The notes beneath the pieces were generated by a model, which saw nothing but the letters and a program-made list of their open reading frames with translations, did no database searches and was not told the DNA's origin. From Chamaesiphon sp. (lineage in GTDB: Bacteria > Cyanobacteriota > Cyanobacteriia > Cyanobacteriales > Chamaesiphonaceae), in contig CBDFFH010000014.1 of assembly GCA_965246715.1 (NCBI GenBank), positions 15,640 through 79,639 of the forward strand: a stretch of DNA of 64,000 bases, given 5' to 3'. Both the position numbers and the translations under genes were made by a program. Below are positions 1-11,758 of the stretch, piece after piece (position 1 is the first letter of the stretch; every line of letters starts with the position of its first letter).

Positions 1-316
1 CTGAAAATTGGCAATTCCATCAAGATCTTCAGGTATATATTCAACAACAATTACAATCGGACTGAATTTAAATCCAGGTTACAAGCGATCGGTGAGATTT
101 ACTAAAAATCTCCACATCTAATCTAGCTCGATCTCGATCGGATTTTAGGAGTAGAAATCTCCAATTTAGCCTTCGATTTAGCAAGGTATCCAGCTTGGAT
201 GTCCCAGGTTTCGCCAGCACGAATAATGAATTATCGCGATCGATAAAATCCCCCGCAATCTACGGTATCTATAATGAGAACAGTAGATTTTGCCCAAACC
301 GTCCGAGATACCGTTC

Positions 317-1930
317 ATGCTCCGCCTTACCGAAATCAAACTCCCACTCGATTGCACCCCAGCAGATCTCCAGTCCGCGATCCTCAAAAAACTCGCGATC
401 GCACCAGCCGATCTCACCAGCTATACTGTCTACCGACGTAGCTATGATGCGCGCAAGCGCGGTGCGATTTGCTTTGTGTATACCGTAGATCTCGAAACGC
501 CAAAACAGAAGGAGCTACTCAAACGTTTTAGGCAAGACACGCATGTATTTCCCACTCCCGATAATAGCTATCATTACGTTGCTCGTGCCGCAGCTGAAGT
601 AGCGATGCGACCAATCGTCATCGGTTGTGGCCCTTGTGGGATGTTTGCAGGGCTGCTATTAGCACAAATGGGTTTTCGTCCGATAATTTTAGAGCGGGGG
701 AAGGCGGTACACGATCGATCTGTCGATACATTCGGGTTCTGGAGTAAGGCAAAATTTAATCCCGAATCCAACGCGCAATTTGGGGAAGGCGGCGCGGGGA
801 CTTTTTCTGATGGTAAACTTTATAGTCGGATCAAGGATGCAGATCGACGCGGACGGAAAATCCTCACCGAACTCGTTAATGCTGGCGCAGCTGAAGAAAT
901 TCTCTACATTAATAAACCGCATATCGGCACTTATCGACTAGTCAAAATTGTCGAGAATATCCGCCACACGATCGAGTCTCTTGGTGGTGAAATTCGCTTT
1001 CAAAGCCGCGTGGAACAACTAAACATCGAAAATGGGCAAGTGCGTGGTGTTACCCTCGCCAGCGGCGAATACATCGCCAGCGAACACGTCATTCTCGCTG
1101 TCGGACATAGCGCCCGCGACACCTTTGAAATGCTACATCGATCGGGTGTATATATCGAACCCAAACCATTTTCGATCGGCTTTCGGATCGAGCACCCCCA
1201 ATCACAGATCGATGAATGTCGGTTGGGCAGTCAAGCTGGGCATCCGATGCTAGGTGCGGCTGATTATAGCCTCGTCCATCACTGTGCCAACGGTCGATCG
1301 GTGTATAGCTTCTGCATGTGTCCTGGCGGGCAAGTCGTTGCTGCAACATCCGAAGTCGGGCGGGTAGTGACGAATGGCATGAGCCAATACGAGCGCAGCG
1401 GCAAAAATGCCAATAGCGGCATCGTCGTCGGGATTACGCCCGCCGATTATCCTGGTAGTCCGATCGCGGGAATTGAGTTTCAGCGGCGGTTTGAGGAGCG
1501 GGCATTTGAATTAGGCGGTGGCACTTACAAAGCTCCAGGGCAGTTGGTAGGTGACTTCTTGACTGGTACAGCCTCTAGCCAATTGGGATCTGTCAAGCCG
1601 TCATATAAACCTGGCGTACATTTGTGCGATTTGAGTTCGAGTTTACCGGATTACGCGATCGAGGCTATTCGCGAAGCGATTCCAGCATTTGATAAGCAAA
1701 TTAAGGGTTTTGCGATGCACGATGCCGTGCTGACGGGAGTGGAAACCCGCACGTCGTCGCCGATTTGTATCAAGCGTGGGCATGACTGTCAGAGTCTCAA
1801 CACCAAGGGACTCTATCCCGCAGGTGAAGGGGCGGGCTATGCTGGCGGTATCCTCTCGGCGGGGGTAGATGGCCTTAAAGTTGCTGAAGCAGTTGCGATG
1901 AGTATGACTGGTGCAGCTGTGAAATCTTAA
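317..1930 (+). CDS. NAD(P)/FAD-dependent oxidoreductase (uncharacterised flavoprotein)
   Basis: GCGPCG Rossmann motif, GEGGAGTFSDGKL and GEGAGYAGGI motifs; ATG 317 preferred to TTG 290. Confidence 0.9.
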   Translation: MLRLTEIKLPLDCTPADLQSAILKKLAIAPADLTSYTVYRRSYDARKRGAICFVYTVDLETPKQKELLKRFRQDTHVFPTPDNSYHYVARAAAEVAMRPIVIGCGPCGMFAGLLLAQMGFRPIILERGKAVHDRSVDTFGFWSKAKFNPESNAQFGEGGAGTFSDGKLYSRIKDADRRGRKILTELVNAGAAEEILYINKPHIGTYRLVKIVENIRHTIESLGGEIRFQSRVEQLNIENGQVRGVTLASGEYIASEHVILAVGHSARDTFEMLHRSGVYIEPKPFSIGFRIEHPQSQIDECRLGSQAGHPMLGAADYSLVHHCANGRSVYSFCMCPGGQVVAATSEVGRVVTNGMSQYERSGKNANSGIVVGITPADYPGSPIAGIEFQRRFEERAFELGGGTYKAPGQLVGDFLTGTASSQLGSVKPSYKPGVHLCDLSSSLPDYAIEAIREAIPAFDKQIKGFAMHDAVLTGVETRTSSPICIKRGHDCQSLNTKGLYPAGEGAGYAGGILSAGVDGLKVAEAVAMSMTGAAVKS

Positions 1931-1994
1931 ATGAGGATCGATTTCAAAACTCGATTTGAGCTGGTGGGCATTGTTTACCTATGTCACTGTCTGG

Positions 1995-2483
1995 CTAATG
2001 TAGGACGACCTGATTCATCCGTGCGCGGACATTAATTGCCGAACTACATTTGAGGCATGACATGCTATCATCTGTTCTCATCACCTCATTTTCATATCCG
2101 CAAGAAGGACATCGTAAAGTACCATCTTTCTTCAAAATACCACTAGCTGATTTGTCAAGCTTCAATATTTTACGAATTCCTGAATGTAAGCTGCCTCGCT
2201 CTTCTAATACCTCATTAGAGTTAAAAGCAAAAGTTTCAACTGTTTTTATGTCTCGGTTTATGTAACAAAGTATTGCTTGCCCATTTTCATCGGTTGGAAT
2301 ATTTATTTCTAAATCTCCGTGTTTGAGCGAATATGACAGATTCAGGCATAGATGTGGATCTGAAAATGATTTATGTTCGATTTCTTGAAGTTTAATCCGA
2401 ATTGGATCTTCCCGATCGCTCATTAAGGCGATGTCTTCAATCTTGGCCAAGATATGGACTATTTCTGCTAAATTAAACGACAT
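1995..2483 (-). CDS. hypothetical protein with C-terminal zinc ribbon
   Basis: 162-aa ORF with CPSC...CLKC, AT-rich. Confidence 0.65.
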   Translation of the reverse strand: MSFNLAEIVHILAKIEDIALMSDREDPIRIKLQEIEHKSFSDPHLCLNLSYSLKHGDLEINIPTDENGQAILCYINRDIKTVETFAFNSNEVLEERGSLHSGIRKILKLDKSASGILKKDGTLRCPSCGYENEVMRTDDSMSCLKCSSAINVRARMNQVVLH

Positions 2484-2822
2484 AATACTGACTCGATCGG
2501 GATATTGTTATAACCTCAGAATACCCAAATTAATTTTATAGTTGCATACCCACTTGGATTTTGATGACAGGATCGATTTAAGCACATCCCACTAGTTGAT
2601 TAAATACATCATCGACTAGGGGATTGGCATTGAGACGCAGATCTCCGATGATGCGATCGATAAAATTATCTACGACTGAAGCGATCGCCGATACTCTAAC
2701 AACCGTTCGTGTATGATATTTGTATTACACTCAGGTTCCGCCTATTTGTAGAATATGGCAGTAACGCATCGATCGTAAACTTAAGCGCGTGTGCAGTAAT
2801 AGCGAACATGTCACGCGGCGAC

Positions 2823-2918
2823 TCAACCACCAGCGGCAAAAGTCAGCATGATTGCTACGGATAAAACTAAACCCGGACAGAGCAGTAATACTAATGTGAG
2901 TAAATCTTGAGTAGGCAC
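2823..2918 (-). CDS. 31-aa single-TM microprotein MPTQDLLTLVLLLCPGLVLSVAIMLTFAAGG (possibly Norf4-like)
   Basis: Hand-translated GTG...TGA ORF below the ORF-track cutoff; one hydrophobic helix; Norf4 resemblance is from memory. Confidence 0.6.
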   Translation of the reverse strand: MPTQDLLTLVLLLCPGLVLSVAIMLTFAAGG

Positions 2919-3128
2919 GGCAATCTTTGACTAAAGTATAATTAGGATAGCTTGTTACTCCCTGCCTCGATCTTAATTGCGATCGCTAGTCCCAGACCAG
3001 AAGCACATGATTTCTTAATCTATAGCTCGATCGATCTTTGATGTTACTACAACCGATTGCTCGGAAACGGGAAGAATGAAGATTAGAGATCGAGCTAACC
3101 CGTGAATATCTATACTAAAACTAGCCCC

Positions 3129-3689
3129 ATGACTGGCGATCTGCAAATTCCCAAACGGTACGTTACAATTAGCAAATACCTGTCCAAACACTTGCGCCAC
3201 CAGCCAGAACGCTTGGGACTAGAACTCTTGCCGGGAGGATGGGTGAGTGTTGATGCACTCTTAGTAGCAGCAGCCCAAGATAGATTTGAGATTAGTCTGT
3301 CTGACTTACAACAAGTGGTTCTTACCAATGATAAACAGCGTTTTTCATTCGATCTTTCCGGACAATTAATTCGAGCAAATCAAGGGCATTCTACCGAAGT
3401 AGATTTGCAACTTGAAGTCAAACAGCCGCCAGCGACTCTCTATCATGGGACTAATAGCACCGCAGTCACGATTATTTTGGTGGAAGGACTCAAAAAAATG
3501 TCCCGTCACCACGTTCATCTCAGCGCAGACTTAGAGACCGCCGAGCGAGTCGGAGCCAGACGTGGCAAAAGCACCATATTTACAGTAGACACTACCTCAA
3601 TGACAAATGATGGTTTTGAATTTTATCGATCGGATAATGGTGTATGGCTAGTGGATGCTGTCCCGCCACAATATCTGCAACTACTGTAA
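3129..3689 (+). CDS. kptA: RNA 2'-phosphotransferase (KptA/Tpt1)
   Basis: SKYLSKHLRH, DKQRF, IRANQGHS, LYHGT, RHHVHLS and NGVWL motifs. Confidence 0.93.
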   Translation: MTGDLQIPKRYVTISKYLSKHLRHQPERLGLELLPGGWVSVDALLVAAAQDRFEISLSDLQQVVLTNDKQRFSFDLSGQLIRANQGHSTEVDLQLEVKQPPATLYHGTNSTAVTIILVEGLKKMSRHHVHLSADLETAERVGARRGKSTIFTVDTTSMTNDGFEFYRSDNGVWLVDAVPPQYLQLL

Positions 3690-3777
3690 TAAAAATCTAA
3701 CACTCGATCGAAGACGATCCGCACTGCTATCGTCGGAACGTTGGCGATCGCGGCAAATTTTAGGAACAAAAATTAAT

Positions 3778-4968
3778 ATGGGATACGGTGATTTTAACCA
3801 GAATAATAATGCCCAAAATAAAGGCTTATTAGCATCGGGATGGCGACCACTCAATCGGGATTTGGATGTCGGATTTTTGGCGAATATTCTTTTTAACGAT
3901 ACCTGGAATCTGACCAAACGAAGTGTCGATTTTGCCAGTGATGTTGCCGACGCTTTGAGTCGCAAACAGTACTCCTGGTGGGCAAATATTCTGAACGTAT
4001 TTTCGGATAGCGTTCAGTACGAATTTAACGAACTCTGGAATTATATTACGCCAGATCCAGCTTCACCCGATCGCCGCCACAAAGATGTCCTGATCGCCCA
4101 AACACCGATCGTTCAATTAGTCAGTCGCGATAGCATTCCGATCGATTATGTCTTAAATCGATTAGAAGAAATTACTGTCAAAAATATTCTCAAAATCTTA
4201 GGTAAACCAGATCTAATTACTCAATACTATTGGGAACGGTATTTTTACTATCCAGCAGATCGGTTTACCAGCTGGGAACGGCTCGAAGTCATGGGTTATG
4301 TTTCGGCATACTGGCAGGAGTATGACATTTGGGTACAGATCGAGCCATTAGAAAAAGGTAAACGTCAATATACAGTTAGTGCCAAAGATTTGGCACCGTT
4401 AATTAATAAAGCGACTTATAATGTCGCCGTGATTTTAAGTGGCTATAAAAGTCGCGTGGGTCAAATTAATAGCGAGTACCCAATTCGCTCGTTTCCAGCC
4501 GAGATTCAGAGCTTTAGCGATCGCGTTCAGCAAGCGATTATTGATGAAGATCGGATTGCAGTTTTAGTTAACGGTGCCCCCGGTACTGGGAAAACTGCTT
4601 GGACTCAAGCCTTAGCCAAAGAAGTGCTCATGCCATTAGGATATGTGATTTTTATCCTCGATCATGATGCCGTCGAAAATTTTGTGCCCCCGAGCTATTT
4701 AGAGCGGATTTGTTTGATTATCAATGAAGCTGACAATCTAGCTAAAAATCGCGCCCTCGAATCCGCCCAGGAAAACAATAAAACCGAACACATTTTGAGT
4801 CTATTAGATGGGACACTATATCAAAGCGTGATCGATGAATCGGGAATTCATCCTCAACAAAAATTAGTGGTATTGATGACTTGCAATACCACCGATCGGA
4901 TGGATCCGGCTTTATTACGTAAAGGACGGATCGATTTCACCTACGAATTTATGCACAAATTTGTCTAG
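3778..4968 (+). CDS. AAA-family ATPase with unrecognised N-terminal region
   Basis: Walker A GAPGTGKT, variant Walker B LIINE, SRH-like TCN...DPALLRKGRID. Confidence 0.85.
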   Translation: MGYGDFNQNNNAQNKGLLASGWRPLNRDLDVGFLANILFNDTWNLTKRSVDFASDVADALSRKQYSWWANILNVFSDSVQYEFNELWNYITPDPASPDRRHKDVLIAQTPIVQLVSRDSIPIDYVLNRLEEITVKNILKILGKPDLITQYYWERYFYYPADRFTSWERLEVMGYVSAYWQEYDIWVQIEPLEKGKRQYTVSAKDLAPLINKATYNVAVILSGYKSRVGQINSEYPIRSFPAEIQSFSDRVQQAIIDEDRIAVLVNGAPGTGKTAWTQALAKEVLMPLGYVIFILDHDAVENFVPPSYLERICLIINEADNLAKNRALESAQENNKTEHILSLLDGTLYQSVIDESGIHPQQKLVVLMTCNTTDRMDPALLRKGRIDFTYEFMHKFV

Positions 4969-5008
4969 GTTTGAGGCAAGGCAATCGAGCCTCGCATTTA
5001 CACCAAGT

Positions 5009-8000
5009 CTAGAGCGAGACATCCAACCGCCGCTCGATCGCGGTTGCCCAAGTGTGGGTAATCGCCGCCAGATCGAGATCGACGATCGATTTGCCCAGAC
5101 TCATCATCTGGAATCGATCTGTTTCGCTGCCGACTGTGCCCAAATATTGCCAAGCATCGCCAACTTGCTGCGCTAAATAACTCTCAAATGCGGACTGATG
5201 TGCGGGTGAGATCGAGACGACAATCCTGGCACCACCTTCCCCGAATAATGCCGTGTCAAATCGATCGACAATACCACCGAGCAGGATCGAGGCACCTTTA
5301 TTTCCGGAAATCGAACATTCAGCCAGAGCAATAGCCAAACCACCTTCGGCAGCGTCATGAGCGGAGGCGATCCAGCCTTGGTGGATCCCATGCCGACAAG
5401 CTGCTTGAACTTTTAGTTCGAGTTCAAAATTCACTGCCGGTGGGTGTCCGGCAACGGTTTGATGGAGAGTTGCCAGATATTCCGATGCGCCTAAAGTGAC
5501 CAGCTCTAGACCTTCTGGAACAGCATAAGATTGGCGTAAAGCTTCCTTGAATGGAAAATATCCTACCGGAATACCGAGCAGATAGATGCGATCGCCAGTA
5601 TTTTTCCAGCCTTGACCGCAAACTTTGGTAATATCTTCGACAATGCCGATCATGCCGACAACGGGAGTCGGATAAATCGGGACAGGCTTGCCTTCAGCAT
5701 CAAAGGTTTCGTTATAGAGGGAAACATTGCCGCCAGTTACGGGGGTATTAAAGGCGCTGCAAGCTTCAGATAGACCTTTACAAGCGTTGGCGAGTTGCCA
5801 ATAACCGATCGGTTTTTCGGGACTGCCAAAGTTGAGATTGTCCGTCACGGCAACGGGTTCGGCACCAACGCAACTGAGGTTGCGTGCGGCTTCCGCGACG
5901 ACCATTTTTGCCCCTTCATAGGGGTTGAGATAGACATAACGTGGGTTGCAATCAACGGTAGCGGCTACGCCGAGATTGGGATTGGTGGTATTAGTTTGGA
6001 GATTTTGAATCGGTTCTAAGGGGCGGATGCGAATGACTGCGGCATCGGCACCACCAGGGAGCAACACGGTATTATTTTGGACTTGGTGGTCGTATTGACG
6101 GTAAACCCAGCGTTTAGACGCGATCGAAGGCGTATCCAACAACGTTAATAAGACATCATTCCAACTGTGTGCTTTGCCGTGAATCTCGATGCCTTCGATC
6201 GTCACTGGCGGTAACTGTTCTTCCGTCCATTGCCATGCCGTTTGGGCATAGGCTGGCGGTTCTGCCATCAGTTCGTGTTTGTAAATGGGGGTGTTATCAG
6301 CGAGCGCGGTAGCGGGAACTTCAGCCGCAATTTCACCCTGGAATAGGATCCGGACGATCGGTTCGGCGATTACCGTACCAGCAACGACAGCATGGAGTCC
6401 CCACCGCTCGAAGATGTCGATTAATTCTTGTTCGCGGCCCTTGTGAGCGACAAATAACATCCGTTCTTGAGATTCGGAGAGCAGGTACTCATAGGGCACC
6501 ATTCCTGGCTCGCGGGCGGGGACGAGATCGAGGTTAAATTCAACGCCGACACCACCTTTTGCGGACATTTCCGCACAGGAACAGGTGATGCCGGCGGCTC
6601 CCATATCTTGTGCGGCAACTACCGCACCAGTTTTAAAGGCTTCGAGACAGGCTTCGATCAGGGATTTTTCGAGGAAGGGGTCGCCCACCTGCACGGCGGG
6701 GCGATTATCGATCGATTCGGCAGTGAGTTCGGCGCTAGCAAAACTCGCACCGCCCATGCCATCGCGTCCGGTAGTAGAACCCACATAGAGGACGGGATTA
6801 CCAATGCCAGAGGCACCAGATTTGACGATCGTGGCTGTTTCCATCAACCCCAGTGCCATCGCATTGACGAGGGGATTGCCGGAGTAAGCGGGGTCGAAAT
6901 AGACTTCACCGCCAACTGTGGGTACGCCGACGCAATTGTGCGTGATCAGTCCCGAACTCGTAATAAACAAGTGAGTATTGTCTACTTCAATATCATAGAC
7001 ATCGCATGTTTCGACATTATGTGTCGCGATGCTGTGAATTTTTACCGTGCTCATCAGGGTGGTAGCTGCGGTAAGAGTGGCAGTATTGCCACCATTAACC
7101 TTGAGGCGATCTGCGGTAGCTGCTGAGGTTAACTTACTCAGTGAATCTCGATGGATTTCGACTTGCCATAATGCTGCGTAATGAAATTCCCGGCCCTTGA
7201 TCTTGCCCACTGAAGCCGGCCGATGGTGAACGTGTGGCATGATGCCCCGATCTTGGAGCAGCAGTAACACTTGCTCGTAGAGTTGATGGCTGGAAATCGA
7301 CACAAAAATTTTATCCTGAGCGGCAATCCCACCTGTGGGATTGGGGATGGTAGGATTAGTGCGGATCAGACTTTTGAGTAATTCCTGCTGGAGTTGGGGA
7401 TTCCATGCCCAGACAAAATCAGGGATGCGTTTGTGGGTAGATTCATTACCACAACCCCATCCTTGGGTAAGTAGATAGCCGAGTAGCCAAGATGAGACGC
7501 AGACAGCCATCCCGGAAGTGCGCTGCTGGGGACTAGCTGGAATCCCTAAACCTTGCAAAATCTCCATCAGATCGGTCGCAGCTCTGGTCTCCAGATGACT
7601 GAAGTTAAAGTAGATCCGATAAATATTCCCCGCTGGCGATACGTTACCCGTTGCGAGAAAATAACCCAGCAGGCGGGCGAAAGCGGCGGTTGGTTGAATT
7701 AACGCTGGCATCCAGTCATCTTTCCCATGTTGCCCAATTTTGAGATCGGCGCGCTCTAATTCGAGGATTTGTTCGAGTCCGAGTAACTGTTCGAGATTGA
7801 GGAAGCGATCGAGTGGGAAGATTTTGGTATTGAGGTAGTGATTGCGTTTTTGGATCGAAGGTTCGAATAGTTCGAGGGTGGTACGGATCAGATCGGTGGG
7901 TTGCCAGATGTCGGGCAGCTTGACGCAGAGATCGCGGTCTGCATGATGGCTGGTATGAATCGCGGCGATGAGATCGATCTCTGGTGGTTGTTGGCTGTGA

Positions 8001-8836
8001 ATCTCTGGAAGCTTTTGCAAGACGGGGAGATTGTCGCCGACACGTAAGGTTTGGGCATAGCGGATCCGAACTTTTTGCGCGTCTTCTACCCGTAACATCG
8101 GATGGTCGGGGGTGACGCAGATCGTGCGCCCGAGCGAGGTGCGAATGTTGACGAGCTTGTCGGTTTGACGCTTGAACACCTTACTGACTCGCTGCCAGCT
8201 GCTTTTATTGGTTTTGGGATCGATCGATAGTGTTTCGATGCCTGGTGGGAGTTCGGCGGTATGCTCGCCGGGGGGGAGATGGGTCGTGACAAAATTCCCG
8301 ATCGTGTCGAAGTGGATGCCATTAGTATCCCGCCAGATTAAGGTTTCATCACCAGCTAAGCAGTTACCATAGTGGGAAATCCCAGCGACGACTCCAGTAA
8401 ATAAGCGGCGAGTTTTGGCATCTTTGAGGTCGCCAAATCTGAGGGAATTGAGAATCGCGATCGGCCGCGCGCCCATTGTAAAGATATCGCGCAGAATCCC
8501 CCCGACTCCAGTTGCGGCTCCCTGAAACGGTTCGACGGCGGAGGGGTGATTGTGGGATTCGATTTTAAATGCGAGTTGGAGTCCGTCGCCGAGGTCGATC
8601 ACCCCAGCATTTTCACCTGGCCCAACGAGGACTCTGGCTCCGGTAGTGGGAAATTGGGACAGTAGCGGACGGGAATTTTTATAACAGCAGTGCTCCGACC
8701 ACATTACGCCAAACATGCCTAATTCGGCTTTATTGGGGTGTCGATCGAGCCGTTTGACGATTTCGAGGTATTCGTTAGGTTTGATGCCTTCGGCGGCGAT
8801 TTCGGCTGGAGTGAAGGGGGACGGTGAGGATGCCAT
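5009..8836 (-). CDS. purL: phosphoribosylformylglycinamidine synthase subunit PurL, intein-containing
   Basis: [29 protein letters not shown] and [11 protein letters not shown] motifs; start at MASSP. Confidence 0.97.
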   Translation of the reverse strand: MASSPSPFTPAEIAAEGIKPNEYLEIVKRLDRHPNKAELGMFGVMWSEHCCYKNSRPLLSQFPTTGARVLVGPGENAGVIDLGDGLQLAFKIESHNHPSAVEPFQGAATGVGGILRDIFTMGARPIAILNSLRFGDLKDAKTRRLFTGVVAGISHYGNCLAGDETLIWRDTNGIHFDTIGNFVTTHLPPGEHTAELPPGIETLSIDPKTNKSSWQRVSKVFKRQTDKLVNIRTSLGRTICVTPDHPMLRVEDAQKVRIRYAQTLRVGDNLPVLQKLPEIHSQQPPEIDLIAAIHTSHHADRDLCVKLPDIWQPTDLIRTTLELFEPSIQKRNHYLNTKIFPLDRFLNLEQLLGLEQILELERADLKIGQHGKDDWMPALIQPTAAFARLLGYFLATGNVSPAGNIYRIYFNFSHLETRAATDLMEILQGLGIPASPQQRTSGMAVCVSSWLLGYLLTQGWGCGNESTHKRIPDFVWAWNPQLQQELLKSLIRTNPTIPNPTGGIAAQDKIFVSISSHQLYEQVLLLLQDRGIMPHVHHRPASVGKIKGREFHYAALWQVEIHRDSLSKLTSAATADRLKVNGGNTATLTAATTLMSTVKIHSIATHNVETCDVYDIEVDNTHLFITSSGLITHNCVGVPTVGGEVYFDPAYSGNPLVNAMALGLMETATIVKSGASGIGNPVLYVGSTTGRDGMGGASFASAELTAESIDNRPAVQVGDPFLEKSLIEACLEAFKTGAVVAAQDMGAAGITCSCAEMSAKGGVGVEFNLDLVPAREPGMVPYEYLLSESQERMLFVAHKGREQELIDIFERWGLHAVVAGTVIAEPIVRILFQGEIAAEVPATALADNTPIYKHELMAEPPAYAQTAWQWTEEQLPPVTIEGIEIHGKAHSWNDVLLTLLDTPSIASKRWVYRQYDHQVQNNTVLLPGGADAAVIRIRPLEPIQNLQTNTTNPNLGVAATVDCNPRYVYLNPYEGAKMVVAEAARNLSCVGAEPVAVTDNLNFGSPEKPIGYWQLANACKGLSEACSAFNTPVTGGNVSLYNETFDAEGKPVPIYPTPVVGMIGIVEDITKVCGQGWKNTGDRIYLLGIPVGYFPFKEALRQSYAVPEGLELVTLGASEYLATLHQTVAGHPPAVNFELELKVQAACRHGIHQGWIASAHDAAEGGLAIALAECSISGNKGASILLGGIVDRFDTALFGEGGARIVVSISPAHQSAFESYLAQQVGDAWQYLGTVGSETDRFQMMSLGKSIVDLDLAAITHTWATAIERRLDVSL
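6935..8362 (-). mobile_element. 476-aa intein in purL with degenerate LAGLIDADG-type endonuclease domain
   Basis: Begins CLAGDETL after YGN; block B TPDHPML; block F DVYDIEV; ends THN followed by +1 Cys; removal restores [13 protein letters not shown]. Confidence 0.95.
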
Positions 8837-8943
8837 GAGGTGAGGGATGAGAGGGTTTATTGGTGCTTGGTGTGGTGTGTATTTAACACTGAGGGGCACT
8901 GAGGTTACACGGAGGTACACGGAGGAGTTAGATTGTGGGCAGC

Positions 8944-8992
8944 GAATTCCCCTCCTCGGAGCGAAAAGGTTCTCGACAGGGTGGGTTGGGTG
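8944..8992. repeat. REP-like dispersed repeat (TTCCCCTCCT..GGAG...GGGTGGGT family)
   Basis: Related copies at 17327-17498, 25039-25059/26423-26433 and 56835-56877. Confidence 0.7.
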
Positions 8993-8995
8993 CCA

Positions 8996-11503
8996 CTAGC
9001 CACTAATGACTGAGGCGATCTTTTCGTCGCCACTGAGGTTGATGATTTTGTCGCCGATCCCGTCTTTGCCGTGGGGTTTAATTTTGGCCAGCGCGATCGC
9101 TTCTTGACGTTGGGTGCTGGTGATGATGTTGACGATCGGGGTAGGCAGGTTGAGGTAAATCAGGCTATCGGTTTTGGTGGCAAATTGCATGGCGTGGGTG
9201 CCCATATTTCCGGTTTGGACGATCCGGATCGTGGAAATGGGGATGCGTTTAGCGTAGCCATGACGGGTAATCAGCACGATTTCATCTTCGCCGTTGGCGG
9301 GGACACAGCCGACGATCCGTTCTCTAGTGCCAACTTTCAGGGCTTGAATACCTTGGGAAACTCTGCCCATCAGGGGGATTTGTTCGGAGGCGAGGGCAAG
9401 GCGCAGGATTCTTGCGCCAGAGGTGGCGATGATAATTTCGCGTTGGTGGGCGAGCGCGGTAATCGTGTGTAAGCTATCGTCCTCTTTGAGTTTGATGAGC
9501 GTCGTGCCCCGATTGGTCAGTCCGGTGAGTTCCTGGCGAAGGATGCGTTTGATTTTACCTTGGTTTGTCAGCAACAGAAATTGGTGCAGGTCGTCTGGAT
9601 CGATCGCTGGACTGGATAGGGTATAAATTATCCGTTCCGTACTGTTTTGCAATGCCGGAACGAGGCTACTGAGGATGGCTCCCTGAGCGTTACCGAGGGT
9701 GGGGGGAATGTCGCGAACTTTGAGCGGATAAGCTTTACCGTCGCTGGTGATTAATGTCAGCTCGTCTTCAGTAGTGGTTTGATAAGTCGTCGTGACAAAA
9801 TCATTGCTATTGGGATTGAGCTTGGTACCAGTTTTGCTCAGCCTGCGGATATAGCCTTGGTTCGTGATTTCGACTGCTGTGGGCTGACTCGGTTCGGCTT
9901 CGATAATTTGGAGTTGGGCTGGCTGGGTCGTGCGGCTCCGCTCGATCTTCGCCTGTTTAGTCATTTTGGCAGGTTCGAGCTTCGATATCTCGATCGGGGT
10001 AATCTTCGTCCGGCGCGCATCAGCAAATTTCCGTTTGAGCGCTCGTAGGTCTTTTTTGAGTGATTTTAACAGTTCGTGCCGATCGACTAGAAGGTTGTTT
10101 AAGTTATTAATTTTCGTCGTCAATTCCTGGAATTCAGTCTGTAAATTCGTCCGCTCCATCCCCGTCAGGCGGCGCATGGGCATCGATAAAATTGCGTCGG
10201 ATTGCGTTTCGCTCAGTTCCAGTTGGCTCTGAAATTGAGCCTTGGCGGTCGTCCCATCTGGGGCATTCCGCAAGATCGTAATCACAGCATCGAGATTGTC
10301 TAATGCTGCGAGCAATCCCGATAGGATTTCGACCCGCTTTTGGGCTTGGGCTAGCTCGTTACCATATTGCCGCGTGAGCGTAACTTCCCTGAATTGCAGA
10401 AATTCTTCGAGTAACTGTCGGAGGGTAAGTTGTCTGGGTTGACCCTCGACGATCGCGAGTAAAGTTGCCCCAAAGTTACTCTGGAGTGCAGTTTGACGAT
10501 AGAGTTGTTCGAGGACATTCGCGGGTTCGCTATCGCGTTTGATCTCGATGACGACGCGCATGCCATCGCGGTCGCTCTCATCGCGCAAGTCGGCAATGCC
10601 ATCGATTCTCCCTGCATTGACGAGTTCGGCAACTTTCTCAATCCAAGCCGCTTTATTGACCTGAAACGGTAATTCGGTGACGATCAATGAATCGCGGCGT
10701 TTTTTTGATTTGATGAGTTTGGCTTGACCGTTGGGCGTTTCGACATGGGAAACCCCACGCACGGTAATAATCCCTTTCCCAGTCCGATAAGCATCGTGAA
10801 TGCCTTCGATCCCCATAATTTCCCCGCCAGTCGGGAAATCAGGGCCAGGAACGAGTTCCCATAATTTTGCATCTGGGAGATCGGGTTTGTCTATTAACGC
10901 GATCGCGCCATCGAGCACTTCCCCGATATTGTGGGGTGGAATATTCGTCGCCATCCCCACCGCAATCCCACTACAGCCATTGATTAACAATAACGGTACC
11001 TGCGCGGGTAAGACGGTCGGCTCCTGTTGCGAGTTGTCGAAGTTACCGATAAAGTCTACTGTCGCAGTACTAATCTCACTCAACAATGCATCGTGAGCAA
11101 TCGGCGCTAGTCGCGTCTCGGTATATCGCATCGCGGCTGGCGGATCGTTATCGACCGAGCCAAAATTACCATGTCCGGCCAACAGCGGATAACGGCTCGA
11201 AAAGTCCTGAACGAGTCTGACCAGGGCATCATAGACCGACTGATCGCCGTGAGGGTGATATTTACCCAGGACATCCCCAACCACGCGGGCGCATTTCCGA
11301 AACGGTCTGTCGGGGGTCAAACCCAGCTCGTGCATCGCATAAATAATTCGCCGATGCACGGGTTTCAACCCGTCTCGCACATCGGGCAACGCTCGCCCTA
11401 CGATCACACTCATGGCGTATTCTAGGTACGATCGCTGCATTTCCGAGTGCAACTCAATCGGAATAATTTTATCCGTACTCAGCAGATCCAACTGTTTTAC
11501 CAT
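8996..11503 (-). CDS. gyrA: type IIA topoisomerase subunit A (second GyrA/ParC-like paralogue)
   Basis: [31 protein letters not shown], catalytic AAMRYTE; no canonical GyrA-box seen in the CTD. Confidence 0.92.
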   Translation of the reverse strand: MVKQLDLLSTDKIIPIELHSEMQRSYLEYAMSVIVGRALPDVRDGLKPVHRRIIYAMHELGLTPDRPFRKCARVVGDVLGKYHPHGDQSVYDALVRLVQDFSSRYPLLAGHGNFGSVDNDPPAAMRYTETRLAPIAHDALLSEISTATVDFIGNFDNSQQEPTVLPAQVPLLLINGCSGIAVGMATNIPPHNIGEVLDGAIALIDKPDLPDAKLWELVPGPDFPTGGEIMGIEGIHDAYRTGKGIITVRGVSHVETPNGQAKLIKSKKRRDSLIVTELPFQVNKAAWIEKVAELVNAGRIDGIADLRDESDRDGMRVVIEIKRDSEPANVLEQLYRQTALQSNFGATLLAIVEGQPRQLTLRQLLEEFLQFREVTLTRQYGNELAQAQKRVEILSGLLAALDNLDAVITILRNAPDGTTAKAQFQSQLELSETQSDAILSMPMRRLTGMERTNLQTEFQELTTKINNLNNLLVDRHELLKSLKKDLRALKRKFADARRTKITPIEISKLEPAKMTKQAKIERSRTTQPAQLQIIEAEPSQPTAVEITNQGYIRRLSKTGTKLNPNSNDFVTTTYQTTTEDELTLITSDGKAYPLKVRDIPPTLGNAQGAILSSLVPALQNSTERIIYTLSSPAIDPDDLHQFLLLTNQGKIKRILRQELTGLTNRGTTLIKLKEDDSLHTITALAHQREIIIATSGARILRLALASEQIPLMGRVSQGIQALKVGTRERIVGCVPANGEDEIVLITRHGYAKRIPISTIRIVQTGNMGTHAMQFATKTDSLIYLNLPTPIVNIITSTQRQEAIALAKIKPHGKDGIGDKIINLSGDEKIASVISG

Positions 11504-11608
11504 GAGTTCTAAAAAGTGCCTATGTGCAATCCCTAAGTTAATCCCAGTCTGCCACAAACCGTTCGCGATCGGACTAGACCGCAAGATAATAATACACAAT
11601 TACTAGGA

Positions 11609-11752
11609 TAGTGGCTAGTGGATAGTTGCTAGTGACTAGTGAAGGAGTGAATATTCAACGCGCAAGGCGTGTTAGTCCCGATGGCAAGGATTTTAACCAC
11701 CATTGTCCGATTTCTATGTTAGTAACCACTTACCCACTAGCCACTAGCCACT
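11609..11752. repeat. heptamer tandem repeats (TAGTGGC / GCCACTA, STRR-like)
   Basis: tagtggctagtggatagttgctagtgactagtg and the opposite-sense ccactagccactagccact. Confidence 0.65.
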
Positions 11753-11758
11753 TTCCCC

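Noticed and set aside
1..65. Possible gene tail ENWQFHQDLQVYIQQQLQSD*
   Set aside because: Too short to support a call
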